Source: Candidatus Nomurabacteria bacterium
GTDB taxonomy: Bacteria; Patescibacteriota; Minisyncoccia; Phycocordibacterales; UBA9973
Assembly (NCBI GenBank): GCA_016186435.1
Contig: JACPLQ010000008.1
Span: 1-48,823, forward strand
Direction: 5' to 3'
Length of the DNA: 48,823 nucleotides
Shown here: in pieces, positions 39,299-48,729 of the stretch
Position numbering within the stretch: position 1 is the first letter of the stretch
Layout of the letters: every line of letters begins with the position of its first letter
Made by a program: the position numbers and the translations under genes
Notes under the pieces: model-generated
Databases searched by the model: none
Told to the model about the DNA's origin: nothing
Seen by the model: only the letters and a program-made list of their open reading frames with translations

Positions 39299-40710
39299 AT
39301 TGATTGCTTGGTTAATGAAATAAAATTCTGAATATCTACAAAATTAGGTTGATTGTTTTTTGAACTAAATAAACTGCTTCCCCTAATCAAATCCTCTTTC
39401 ATCCTATTAACATATTTTGGCTCTTTTTCAGTTAAAAAGAAATGCCTATCTAAATTAACCGCGGCAAGACCCAAGGTCCCACTCCCAGCAAAAGGATCGA
39501 AGATGAGATCATCCACAAAAGAATAATATTTAATTACTCTATTACATAGCTCAATAGGGAAAACTGCGCTATGCACTTTGTCAAAAGTAGGACCAATATG
39601 CCAAATGTTTGTTGTTTCATATTTATCTGCAACTTTACTTCTCTTTACTTTATCCCAACTGTACTGACTTATATTCCAATCAATTAATTTATCTGTCTTT
39701 TTTCTATAGACCATTATCATTTCTGAAACAGCATTTGGCTTGTATCCTAATGGTTTTCTGTGTTGTAAGAACCCAGCATTTCTATTCTTTACACTAGCTT
39801 CTGGCTTGACCCATACAATATCATCAACAAACTCCCACCCCATTTTTACTAAAATTGGATGAATATCATATGGGATTGGATATCTTTTACTTGAGTGTGC
39901 GCGGCTTATTCTTGGAATTATAATCGGCGAGGTATTTAAAATAAAAAATCTACCTTCTTTCGTAACCCTATGAACTTCTTTAAATACTTTTTCTAAAAAA
40001 TTTAAATACTCTTCGTAACTTTGATATATAGAATAATCTCGAGCATTATAATAAGGAGGAGAAGTGAAGGTTAAGTGCACTGATTCACTTGGAACGTGAC
40101 CCAGCGTTTCCACAACATCACCTTGGACAACTAAGTTTTTTAAATAATTTGGAAATTCGTCATGTTTTCCAGCACTATTTGAGCTATAATTAATTCCATT
40201 TATTTCTTTACCGATAACCTCTTTTATTAATTCATTCGGATGACTAATTAATTTTTTTAATTCTTGCTTAACCGAATCATTCTTTGAAAAAACTAACAAT
40301 CCTCTAATTGCCTGCATTACGACTTTTGGATCTTTGTCCGATAAAAGTTTTATCAAAGCTGGTATTGCTTTTTCATTTCTTAATCTTCCAATTCCCGAAA
40401 CAGATTCTCTTCGTACTTCTGTACTCTCATCCTGCTGTGCAAATTTAAGAAAAATTTGAAGAAGAGAAACATCCCCTATTTTGGCAAGATTTTTTATTGC
40501 AAGCAACCTTATATTTTCATTTTTATTATTCAGTAATTTTATTAATGGTTCTTTACTATCTCCATTTTCTAACCTGCCTAAATTTTCTAAAACATACACA
40601 ATAGAGCCATCATTCTTATTTTCAAAGAAAGAAGACAAAATTTCTGTGTCATTTTTTAAAATATCAATTTCGTCTTTATTAAACTCTTTTTGCAAAACTG
40701 CCCTGTTCAT
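39295..40710 (-). CDS. HEAT-repeat + amino-DNA methyltransferase (beta class)
   Basis: About 4 HEAT/PBS-like repeats (e.g. LIKLLSDKDPKVVMQA), then TSPPY before DPFAGSGT. Confidence 0.88.
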   Translation of the reverse strand: MNRAVLQKEFNKDEIDILKNDTEILSSFFENKNDGSIVYVLENLGRLENGDSKEPLIKLLNNKNENIRLLAIKNLAKIGDVSLLQIFLKFAQQDESTEVRRESVSGIGRLRNEKAIPALIKLLSDKDPKVVMQAIRGLLVFSKNDSVKQELKKLISHPNELIKEVIGKEINGINYSSNSAGKHDEFPNYLKNLVVQGDVVETLGHVPSESVHLTFTSPPYYNARDYSIYQSYEEYLNFLEKVFKEVHRVTKEGRFFILNTSPIIIPRISRAHSSKRYPIPYDIHPILVKMGWEFVDDIVWVKPEASVKNRNAGFLQHRKPLGYKPNAVSEMIMVYRKKTDKLIDWNISQYSWDKVKRSKVADKYETTNIWHIGPTFDKVHSAVFPIELCNRVIKYYSFVDDLIFDPFAGSGTLGLAAVNLDRHFFLTEKEPKYVNRMKEDLIRGSSLFSSKNNQPNFVDIQNFISLTKQSI

Positions 40711-40765
40711 ATGTCTAGATTATAACCCACTAAAGTGTAAAAAATCAAATATGTGGGCTTTTAAG

Positions 40766-40838
40766 TACCTGTCCCGTACTAAATTTTTGATTACGTGATA
40801 TAATTGCTGATATTAAAGTTTAAAATTTTAGTACTGGG
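40766..40838 (+). repeat. 73-bp element, copy 3 (before ftsA)
   Basis: First 30 bp identical to copy 2; ends AAAATTTTAGTACTGGG followed by ATG; internal TGA-TATAAT. Confidence 0.85.
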
Positions 40839-42005
40839 ATGATAAAAAATATTTCGGTGGGAATAGACGTGGGGTCGTCCGTGACGCGAGTCGTGGTCGG
40901 AGAATTTCTAAAAGGAGAAAAAAATCCTAAGATTATCGGCGCGGGCGAATCAGCGACTTTGGGCCTTCGCCACGGATATGTTGTAAATTCTTCTCTTGCA
41001 TCAGCGTCAATAAAAAAAGCGGTAGAATCAGCGGAACAAACTTCCGGCGTAAAAATACGGCGCGCGTTTGTATCACTTTCAGGCATTACTCTCCGCGGAG
41101 AAATTAGTTCAGGCTCTGCAATTATTTCAAAAGCTGACGGCGAAGTAACTGCATTGGATATAAACAAGGCTCTCGCAGACTGCGAAGACAATCTTTCCGT
41201 AGGCAACAAAAAAATCATACATACGTACCCGATATCTTTCCGGCTGGACGGCAAAGAAGTGCTGGGGCGACTGGAAGGCATGCGCGGCACAAAACTTGAA
41301 GCCAAAGCTCTTTTTGTCACCTATTCTGTAGTTCATTTAGAGGATTTACTCGGAGCAATAGCTGAAGCCGGAGTGGAAACCATAGGTGTCATAGCTTCGC
41401 CTGTAGCCATAAGCGAGATTGTGCTAGGAGAAAAACAAAAAATAGTGGGTGTGGCGCTCGTAGACATAGGGGCAGAGACTACATCTCTTTCAGTTTTTGA
41501 AAATGGAGCCATGGTTTCTATCCATACTTTTTCTATCGGCTCTACAGACATCACAAATGATATCGCTTTAGGATTTAAAATAACTTTAAACGAAGCTGAG
41601 GAATTTAAATTTGGAAATATAGGCGAAGGATTCTCTAAGAAAAAACTGGATGAAATCATAGAAGCGCGATTGTGCGACATTTTTGAATCAATAGAAAATC
41701 ACCTGAAGAAAATAAAAAGGTCTGAGCTCTTGCCTGCAGGCATTGTCTTTGTCGGCGGAGGTGCAGGCACTCCAAACCTTATAGAATTATCTAAAGACGT
41801 TTTAAGGCTTCCGGCGAGTCTGGGCTCTACAGATATGTTTGGCAATGTGAAAACAAAGCTTCGGGATTCCACTTGGTTTACAGCTCTGGGGCTTTTATCG
41901 GCAGGAAGAGAGAGTAAGGGCGGATATTCCGATGGATCTTTCAAGGGTTTACTGCGGGATATCAAAAATACCTTTAAATCAAGCCTTAAACAGCTGATGC
42001 CCTAA
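40839..42005 (+). CDS. ftsA: Cell division protein FtsA
   Basis: GIDVGSS, VDIGAETT, ITNDIA, IIEARL and VGGG motifs, plus a C-terminal amphipathic helix. Confidence 0.95.
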   Translation: MIKNISVGIDVGSSVTRVVVGEFLKGEKNPKIIGAGESATLGLRHGYVVNSSLASASIKKAVESAEQTSGVKIRRAFVSLSGITLRGEISSGSAIISKADGEVTALDINKALADCEDNLSVGNKKIIHTYPISFRLDGKEVLGRLEGMRGTKLEAKALFVTYSVVHLEDLLGAIAEAGVETIGVIASPVAISEIVLGEKQKIVGVALVDIGAETTSLSVFENGAMVSIHTFSIGSTDITNDIALGFKITLNEAEEFKFGNIGEGFSKKKLDEIIEARLCDIFESIENHLKKIKRSELLPAGIVFVGGGAGTPNLIELSKDVLRLPASLGSTDMFGNVKTKLRDSTWFTALGLLSAGRESKGGYSDGSFKGLLRDIKNTFKSSLKQLMP

Positions 42006-42007
42006 CC

Positions 42008-42032
42008 CACTTGGAGGTTCTTCCTCCAAGTG
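42008..42032. repeat. REP hairpin upstream of RAYT
   Basis: CACTTGGAGG-TTCTT-CCTCCAAGTG; the 19-bp core is repeated exactly at 42233-42251. Confidence 0.9.
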
Positions 42033-42045
42033 TTATAATGAAAAT

Positions 42046-42345
42046 ATGTCAAGTAGAAAAATCGCTTTTGTTCCCGGAGAATATTATCACGTTTATAACA
42101 GGGGCGTGGATAAAAGAAATATATTTTCTGATAAGTCGGATATTGGAAGATTTCTGCAAAGCATGGAAGAATTTAATACGAAAAATCCTATCGGTAGTTT
42201 ATATGAACACAGCTTCGTTAAGAAAAAGAAATTTGGAGGTTCTTCCTCCAAATTGATAAAATTTATCGCTTTTTGCTTAAATCCAAATCATTTTCATTTC
42301 TTAATAACTCCCCTTGTGGAAAAAGGAATAGAGAAATTTATGCAG
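42046..42345 (+). pseudogene. REP-associated tyrosine (Y1/HUH) transposase, truncated by IS30
   Basis: GEYYHVYNRG....IF and FCLNPNHFH (HUH). Resemblance stops at KFMQ, and the catalytic-Tyr C-terminal half is absent from the window. Confidence 0.85.
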
Positions 42346-43391
42346 GTGAATTCTCTTTTGAATTGCAATGAATTAGAATTGAAATATGAAAGCAAAAAAA
42401 GTTTTCGCATTTTTCCCAAAGCGAGCGGAATGAAATATATATCCTGCGGAGAAAAGGATACTCGTATGCCGATATCGGCAGAGTGTTGTTAAGAGACTGC
42501 GGGGCGGTCTGGCGCGAGTTAAAGAGAAACAAGACCGGGGGTTCATATGATCCCCGAAAAGCCGGGCACAAATCATATGTGAGGCGGCACAATGCCAAGT
42601 ATCAAGGCAAAAAAATAGTTGAAGATACGGCGCTTCGGGTCTTTGTTGAAAATTCTCTTTTGGGCGGCCAGTCGCCGGAAGATATATCAGGAAGACTAAA
42701 ATACAAATATGAAAAAGGTCTGCTGTATGTTTCCAAAGACAGCATCTACCGGTATATTAAGTCTCCATATGGCAGACAAATCGAGGTGAAGCTCCTGAAG
42801 AAAAAGAAGCGCGGAGGCAAGCGGAAAAAACTGGGCACTCTGGACGGCAGGACTTTCATCGACCAAAGACCCAAGCGCATCAATGCCAGAATGAGAATCG
42901 GTCATGCGGAGTTTGACTTCATTGTTTCGGGAAAAACCGGAAAAGGGATATTGCTCGTGGTGATCGACAGGAAACTTCGGACTTCATTTCTGGAGCCGAT
43001 ATACAAAGTGAGCATTTCTGCCGTGCATCTGGCGGCGAGGAAAATCAAAAAGAGATACCCGGAATGGAAGACCGGCACTACAGACAACGATCTTTTGTTT
43101 GCCAGGCACAAGGAGCTAGGGAAAGAATTGGGTATTAAAATATATTTCTGCCACCCGTATCATTCCTGGGAAAAAGGCACGGTGGAGAACACCAACGGAG
43201 AAATTAGGAAGGACATTTCAAAAGGCAGCGACATATCAAAATACTCAAGGTCATTTTTCAGAAAGCTGGAAGAGAAACTGAACTGCAGGTTCATGAAATG
43301 CCTGAACTACCGCACTCCTTTTGAAACTCTAGACATCGCCCGAAAACAAAAAAATCTCCGGGAAAGGAGAAAGGGTGGGCATTGCAATTGA
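42346..43391 (+). mobile_element. IS30-family element with incomplete right end
   Basis: AATTGCAATG (42361-42370) and CATTGCAATT (43380-43389) form an inverted repeat around the transposase. Outer boundaries are approximate. Confidence 0.75.
42386..43391 (+). CDS. IS30-family DDE transposase, frameshifted near the start
   Basis: RELKRN, SPEDIS, SIYRYI, GHAEFD, TDND and HPYHSWEKGTVENTNG motifs. The HTH frame is open from 42390, but the ATG at 42386 is out of frame. Confidence 0.85.
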
Positions 43392-43559
43392 GGCCGTCGG
43401 GCGGGGGGGGATTTAGATGTTTTCATATACCATTATTGTAGCATTTTGCAAGGTGGTTTTCTACGGTGCAGGACTGTCCTTACTAGTATAATGCTTTCGC
43501 CGGGTGTCGTCGGGTGTTGGACACCCGACGAAGCTTATTTGTAATGGGGATAACTTTGC

Positions 43560-43588
43560 TTGTTTAGGTTATCGTTAGGTATTATAAT
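43560..43588 (+). promoter_or_regulatory. Promoter/operator of the lexA-MTase gene
   Basis: TTGTTT-17 nt-TATAAT ending 6 nt before the ATG; TTAGGT direct repeat at 43564 and 43575. Confidence 0.6.
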
Positions 43589-43594
43589 CAATAA

Positions 43595-45484
43595 ATGCCC
43601 ATTGCATTAAATAATCAACTTACAAAAAAACAAGCGAGTGTTCTTAATTATGTAAAAAAAATTCAAGAAAAAAAGAACTATTCCCCTGCTTTAAGTGAGA
43701 TAGCTGATCATTTTGAAGTTTCAATACCTACAATTCACCAGCATGTAGATTATTTAGAAAGAAAAGGTTACTTAGTAAAAGAAAAAGGGGTAAAACATTC
43801 TATACAAACAACAGAAAATAAAATTAATGATTTAATTCAGATACCTTTGCTGGGAACAATTGCTGCGGGGCAACCAATCGAAGCGATTGAAATTCCTGAC
43901 GAAACTATTTCTATAACCAAAAGCGATATTGGACAACAAGGAAAACATTATGCTTTGCGTGTTCAAGGAAACAGTATGATGGATGAAGGTATTTTTGATG
44001 GCGACATAGTGATTATCCGTAAACAAGAATACGCAGAAAACGGACAAACAGTTGTCGCAATAATTGACGACAATGAAGCAACACTTAAAAAACTTTATTG
44101 GGAAAAAGATAAATTTAGGTTGCAACCTGCAAATCCTAGCCTATTTCCTATATTCAGAGACGAAGTAGAGGTTAGAGGTATTGTAGTTAAAATAATTCGC
44201 AATCTTGAATCACAACTGGACCAAGAACAATCAAAAAAAGAAAAGTACGTTCGAAAAATTGATTATTCGTGGGATTACAAAGGAGAAAAAACAAAGTCAT
44301 ATACACACGGAATACACACATATCCTGCTATGTTTATTCCACAAGTAGGACGAAGGCTATTGGAAACTTATAGTAAAAAAGGCGATACTGTATGTGATAT
44401 TTTTTGTGGCTCAGGCACGGCTTTGGTTGAAAGTAAGTTAATAGAAAGAAATGCTTATGGTATTGATCTGAATCCGCTAGCAATTTTCCTTGCTCACGCA
44501 AAAACAACTCCAATAAATCCTCAAAAATTAACAAAAGCCTATCTGGCTTTGCTTGATAGAGTAGAAAAAATAAAAGATAAAGATATAAAAAGACCTGAAT
44601 TTAATAACATTGATTTTTGGTTTAAGGATAAAGTAATAGTTAAGCTCGCTAAACTAAAAAAAGCTATAAAAGAAATATCAGATAAGAAAGTCCAGAATTT
44701 TTTAATGGTTGCCTTTAGTGAAACAGTTAGATATTCTTCAAACACAAAAACAGGAGAATTTAAACTTGTTCGGGTCAAAGGAGACAAGCTTCAACAACAT
44801 GATCCAAACGTAATTGGCATTTTTCGCAAGCACGCTGAAAAAAATATTGCGGGAATGACTGAATTCTATAAGGATGCAACAAAGAATTCGTGGACAAAAA
44901 TTATCTACGGAGATTCATCTAAAAACAACGGCATAAATGAAAAATCTATTGATTGTATAATTACCTCTCCTCCTTATGGAGACAGCAGGACCACAGTTGC
45001 ATACGGACAATTTTCTCGCCTTTCAGCACAGTGGATTGATATCTTTAATGATCCAAATGATGCATCAGGCGTAGATAATGCATTACTAGGTGGCAAAGCT
45101 ACCAAAAATTTGGTTCATTTGTTACCATCAGATTATTTGAGGGAGGCTTTAGAGAAAATTTCTAAACAGGATGAAGCCAGAGCTAGAGATGTTTTGAGTT
45201 TTTATATAGGATTAAATGACTGCTTAAAACAAGCTCATAAAATATTAAAATCGAAAAAGTATTTTTGCCTTGTAATCGGCAATAGATTGGTTAAACAAGT
45301 CAGAATTCCTACAGATTTTATAATAGCGGAATTAGGCGAAAAAATTGGTTTTACTTGTGAAGATATTATTGTCAGGAATATTCCGGGAAAAAGAATGCCG
45401 ATAAAAAACTCACCGACAAATATTGTTGGAGCTTTGGAAAAAACAATGAATAAGGAAAGTATAGTAATTTTAAGAAAAAACTAA
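43595..45484 (+). CDS. LexA-like repressor fused to an N4-C-type DNA methyltransferase
   Basis: LT.KQ..L wHTH, IAAGQP cleavage site, GNSM (Ser) and TLKK (Lys); then HTYPAMF, DIFCGSGT and TSPPY. One uninterrupted 629-aa frame. Confidence 0.9.
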   Translation: MPIALNNQLTKKQASVLNYVKKIQEKKNYSPALSEIADHFEVSIPTIHQHVDYLERKGYLVKEKGVKHSIQTTENKINDLIQIPLLGTIAAGQPIEAIEIPDETISITKSDIGQQGKHYALRVQGNSMMDEGIFDGDIVIIRKQEYAENGQTVVAIIDDNEATLKKLYWEKDKFRLQPANPSLFPIFRDEVEVRGIVVKIIRNLESQLDQEQSKKEKYVRKIDYSWDYKGEKTKSYTHGIHTYPAMFIPQVGRRLLETYSKKGDTVCDIFCGSGTALVESKLIERNAYGIDLNPLAIFLAHAKTTPINPQKLTKAYLALLDRVEKIKDKDIKRPEFNNIDFWFKDKVIVKLAKLKKAIKEISDKKVQNFLMVAFSETVRYSSNTKTGEFKLVRVKGDKLQQHDPNVIGIFRKHAEKNIAGMTEFYKDATKNSWTKIIYGDSSKNNGINEKSIDCIITSPPYGDSRTTVAYGQFSRLSAQWIDIFNDPNDASGVDNALLGGKATKNLVHLLPSDYLREALEKISKQDEARARDVLSFYIGLNDCLKQAHKILKSKKYFCLVIGNRLVKQVRIPTDFIIAELGEKIGFTCEDIIVRNIPGKRMPIKNSPTNIVGALEKTMNKESIVILRKN

Positions 45485-46191
45485 AGAATTCGCCTGTGTA
45501 TTTTAAATAAGTGTGGAAAAGTTTTTTCACTAAGTCGAGTAAGTCGAAAGGCTGAGCCGTGGTCGTGTGGTTTACCGATATTTTTACCACTACGGTAAAC
45601 ACCAAGCCTGATGTCATATTTTGATAGCGCTAGAAATTGCTTCGGGTCAATATTCTTTAAGAGCCATGCTTCTATGTAATGAAAATATTCATACCCTTTT
45701 TCTTTTTTTGAATTAGCAAAAACAAGTATTAACCCGTTGCCAATTTTTTCAGCTGCTTTTTGTCGTAAAAATTCTAGTTTGTAATATCCAAGCGTTGTTC
45801 TGTTTTGGAGTATTAACAATTTGCCCTGATTTTCATCAATCTTACCACAAAAACCTCGGCCATTTTTCTTTCCGTTAGTAATAGTTTGGTGTAAAATTAA
45901 ATGTTTTGGGAATTCTGGATCAGGATAACCAAATCTTTTTAAAATTTCGGCATTGGTAATTCTCTCAGGCTTCTTAGTAAAAAGAGTCATCATAGAAGAA
46001 GTTCCCATTCTTTGTGACTTTAGTTCCATTACCCCAAAATCCGGCAATGCAATATTATTTTCTTTAATTTTCAAATAGTCCTCAAGGGTTTTGCCAATAC
46101 CAGTATTATGCTTTCTATTTGATTTTACCCAACCTAATTCTTTGAGCGCTTTTAATTTCTTCTTAATTTTTCCTAATGTCCATTTTTGCAT
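45481..46191 (-). CDS. MvaI/BcnI-family restriction endonuclease
   Basis: TGIGKTLE.....ENN...PD....ELKS, TLFT and HDHGSAFR motifs. Confidence 0.88.
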   Translation of the reverse strand: MQKWTLGKIKKKLKALKELGWVKSNRKHNTGIGKTLEDYLKIKENNIALPDFGVMELKSQRMGTSSMMTLFTKKPERITNAEILKRFGYPDPEFPKHLILHQTITNGKKNGRGFCGKIDENQGKLLILQNRTTLGYYKLEFLRQKAAEKIGNGLILVFANSKKEKGYEYFHYIEAWLLKNIDPKQFLALSKYDIRLGVYRSGKNIGKPHDHGSAFRLTRLSEKTFPHLFKIHRRIL

Positions 46192-46225
46192 AGTGCAGCC
46201 ATTCTACTCCAACCCACCCCCAAAC

Positions 46226-46444
46226 TCAATCCACCGCCAAAAGCTTACTTGGACTGCGGTGTCCATTAACAATACGAACTTTATTTATCGGCACTTCAAA
46301 ATGTTCCGCGATAAGTTCTAGGACCCGCCCATTTGCCATATTTCTCTCCGCTTTCTCACGCACTGAAATTTCGAAGTGATCTTCGTTTTTCTTTTTAACA
46401 AATTCTTTTCTCGCTCCGGCTATTACTTTCACATGTATGTACAT
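46226..46444 (-). CDS. DUF167 (YggU-like) protein
   Basis: V.V..GA, AN....L.A..F.V and G..S..K pattern. Confidence 0.88.
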   Translation of the reverse strand: MYIHVKVIAGARKEFVKKKNEDHFEISVREKAERNMANGRVLELIAEHFEVPINKVRIVNGHRSPSKLLAVD

Positions 46445-46461
46445 AATTTATTTAAAATATT

Positions 46462-48051
46462 TTACTTTTCAATCAATCCAAGCTTCACCAGCCTAGAACG
46501 GATCCCGCCGGTCTGCCGGCCGGTTAATGCTGAAATATTTTTTACGGATCTTCCGCTCTTCCACATTGCTATTATCTCCCCTTCCTCTTCTGCAGTCCAC
46601 TTTCGGTATGCATTGGCGTGCTTCTCGCGGATTTTTTCTAATCGGCCAATAGACTTTTGAATATTTGAACTTTTTTCATCCCTCCATTTGCCTCCCATCG
46701 CGATAACAAAATTTTTCTGCATCTTTTCATGTTCTTCGGAAGCTATATTGCTAAACACTTCGCGGGCTTTTTCGGATCCAGCGCGAAAGTCCGTATCTTT
46801 TTCTAAAATTCGCGGGTGAACCTGAAGCGCCCGAGCATTTATGCCGAGAAGGTATAGGCCCGACAAGCGCCTGACTCGCGAGAGCGCCACATACCCTTGC
46901 CCGTATTCAAACACGTCGGAAAGGTCCATCACGGCGGCATCCATGCTCATACCCTGACTCTTGTGCACAGTTATTGCCCAGGCGAGGCGAAGCGGAACTT
47001 GGGTGATCTTGGCTTTTATTTTTCCATTTTCCTCCACGCTCCAATCCATCGGCTCTACCGTTATCATCTTACCGCTTTTGGTTTTTATGATCGGATGATT
47101 GGTAAAAGAATCAAAACCTTCCACCGTGCCCAGCGTGCCGTTTACAAACCTTTCTTTCGGATTATTTTTGGTGCACATGACTACAGCGCCTTTTTTCAAA
47201 CGCAGAACCTCCGGTGAAAGGCACCCTTTTTTGAGCGCAAAGACGAGCGATTCTTTACCGGTGGAAGTCATCTCATATTCCTTTAAATCCGCTTCTATTT
47301 TATTTAGCATGCCGCCGTTCACGTCGTCCACATTTATATTGCGCGAAAAAAGCTTGGTAATGCATTCAATATCCTCTCCGAATTTATCCGAAGAAGTCTG
47401 GCGGGAATTTATACGCTCCATGTGCAGTTCTTCCACCTCACCCTTTCGGATAGCTGAAAGCACGGATAGATATTCTGCATCGTCCTGCCGGTGCTGTTCG
47501 GTGAGGTAGCACGTAACCGGAGCAAGCCTGCGCCATGCGTCGCTCTCAAAAGCGAAATATGTTTTTACTTCATTTATTAATTTATTTTGCTCGCCAGCAT
47601 TTACGCCGTACTTTTCTACCGGCGGAAGCTGAAAGAAATCTCCGACAAGCACGATCTGCATACCGCCGAAGGGTTCCGGATTTTGTTTTATTTCCCTACA
47701 TACTGCGTCTATCATCGCAAAAGCTCCGGTGCGGAGCATGGATACTTCGTCTATGATAAGTACGCGGGTTTTTAATATTCTTTTGTGGATGTATTCATTA
47801 CTGGCGATGCGATCCAGATCATAATCTGTAAGATTTTCTTTTATGCCTATACCGCTCCATGAATGTATGGTCATGCCTCCGATATGAGTGGCGGCAATGC
47901 CTGTGGATGCGGTAATTGCCGGCTCTATATCCCGCTCGCGCAAATATGAGACGAATTTATTTATGGTAAAAGTTTTTCCGGATCCCGGCTCGCCAGTCAA
48001 GAAAACATTTGCGCCTGTTTTCAATATGGAAAGAGCTTCATCTTGAGTCAT
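46462..48051 (-). CDS. Pif1-like SF1B helicase with C-terminal HTH
   Basis: GEPGSGKT, DEVSM, GDFFQLPP, PLRLAWAITVHKSQG and YVALSR motifs. Confidence 0.93.
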   Translation of the reverse strand: MTQDEALSILKTGANVFLTGEPGSGKTFTINKFVSYLRERDIEPAITASTGIAATHIGGMTIHSWSGIGIKENLTDYDLDRIASNEYIHKRILKTRVLIIDEVSMLRTGAFAMIDAVCREIKQNPEPFGGMQIVLVGDFFQLPPVEKYGVNAGEQNKLINEVKTYFAFESDAWRRLAPVTCYLTEQHRQDDAEYLSVLSAIRKGEVEELHMERINSRQTSSDKFGEDIECITKLFSRNINVDDVNGGMLNKIEADLKEYEMTSTGKESLVFALKKGCLSPEVLRLKKGAVVMCTKNNPKERFVNGTLGTVEGFDSFTNHPIIKTKSGKMITVEPMDWSVEENGKIKAKITQVPLRLAWAITVHKSQGMSMDAAVMDLSDVFEYGQGYVALSRVRRLSGLYLLGINARALQVHPRILEKDTDFRAGSEKAREVFSNIASEEHEKMQKNFVIAMGGKWRDEKSSNIQKSIGRLEKIREKHANAYRKWTAEEEGEIIAMWKSGRSVKNISALTGRQTGGIRSRLVKLGLIEK

Positions 48052-48078
48052 GAAATTTATTCTAGCACATTTTGAATT

Positions 48079-48534
48079 TTACTTGGAAAAATTTCCGAGC
48101 TTTAGCTCCAAACATTGCGTCAGAGCCGGCGTTTCTGTCCATCCGCATTTGCCGTTTGCCTGCCGTCCGCATTCACCGCTCTTGTAACAAGAATATTCCG
48201 GCTGGTATTCACAGGTAGATACAGCGCCCGGCTCATCTGAACAAATCTGGGAACTGCATCCGCCTATATAACATCCGCCTGTAGCAGTCGCTGTAGATTG
48301 CCCTTCATCCCCGCTCACTATTTTTTCTACATATACATTGCCTTCCGGGCTGGTGCACTGGCGAGGATAACTCTCCATTACCGGATAGCCCGCTTTGACA
48401 CAGTCTTCAAAATCAGCGATAAACGTCGCTGCCTGTTCCAGCGTTTTTTGTTTCTGATATACGAAATATCCCAGCAAAGCTAAAACTGCGAGCCCTATTA
48501 TGATCCATAAAGTCATCTTGTTTTTTTCTTGCAT
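48079..48534 (-). CDS. Membrane-anchored Cys-rich extracellular protein
   Basis: N-terminal TM, FEDC..AGYPVMESYPRQC and a GGCSSQIC...CGW Cys cluster. Confidence 0.8.
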   Translation of the reverse strand: MQEKNKMTLWIIIGLAVLALLGYFVYQKQKTLEQAATFIADFEDCVKAGYPVMESYPRQCTSPEGNVYVEKIVSGDEGQSTATATGGCYIGGCSSQICSDEPGAVSTCEYQPEYSCYKSGECGRQANGKCGWTETPALTQCLELKLGNFSK

Positions 48535-48729
48535 ATGATTTTGAAATTAAAATACTAATGCTCACATTATAGTATAAGACGAACAATATAAATATTTGTT
48601 ACGGATACATCCTGCTAAAATGCGTAATAAATCTGTCACCTACTCGTCTTAATCCTTAGTAGTAGAGTAGTAGAGGCTATACTGCGGCGTGTTTCTTTGT
48701 CGAGAGATACATTTATCAATTATTTTATT

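Noticed and set aside
42394-42401. Programmed -1 frameshift at A AAA AAG in IS30
   Set aside because: Reaching the transposase frame from ATG 42386 needs a +1 shift, not -1.
42346-42492. C-terminal 48 aa of the 148-aa ORF as part of RAYT
   Set aside because: It is read-through into the IS30 left end.
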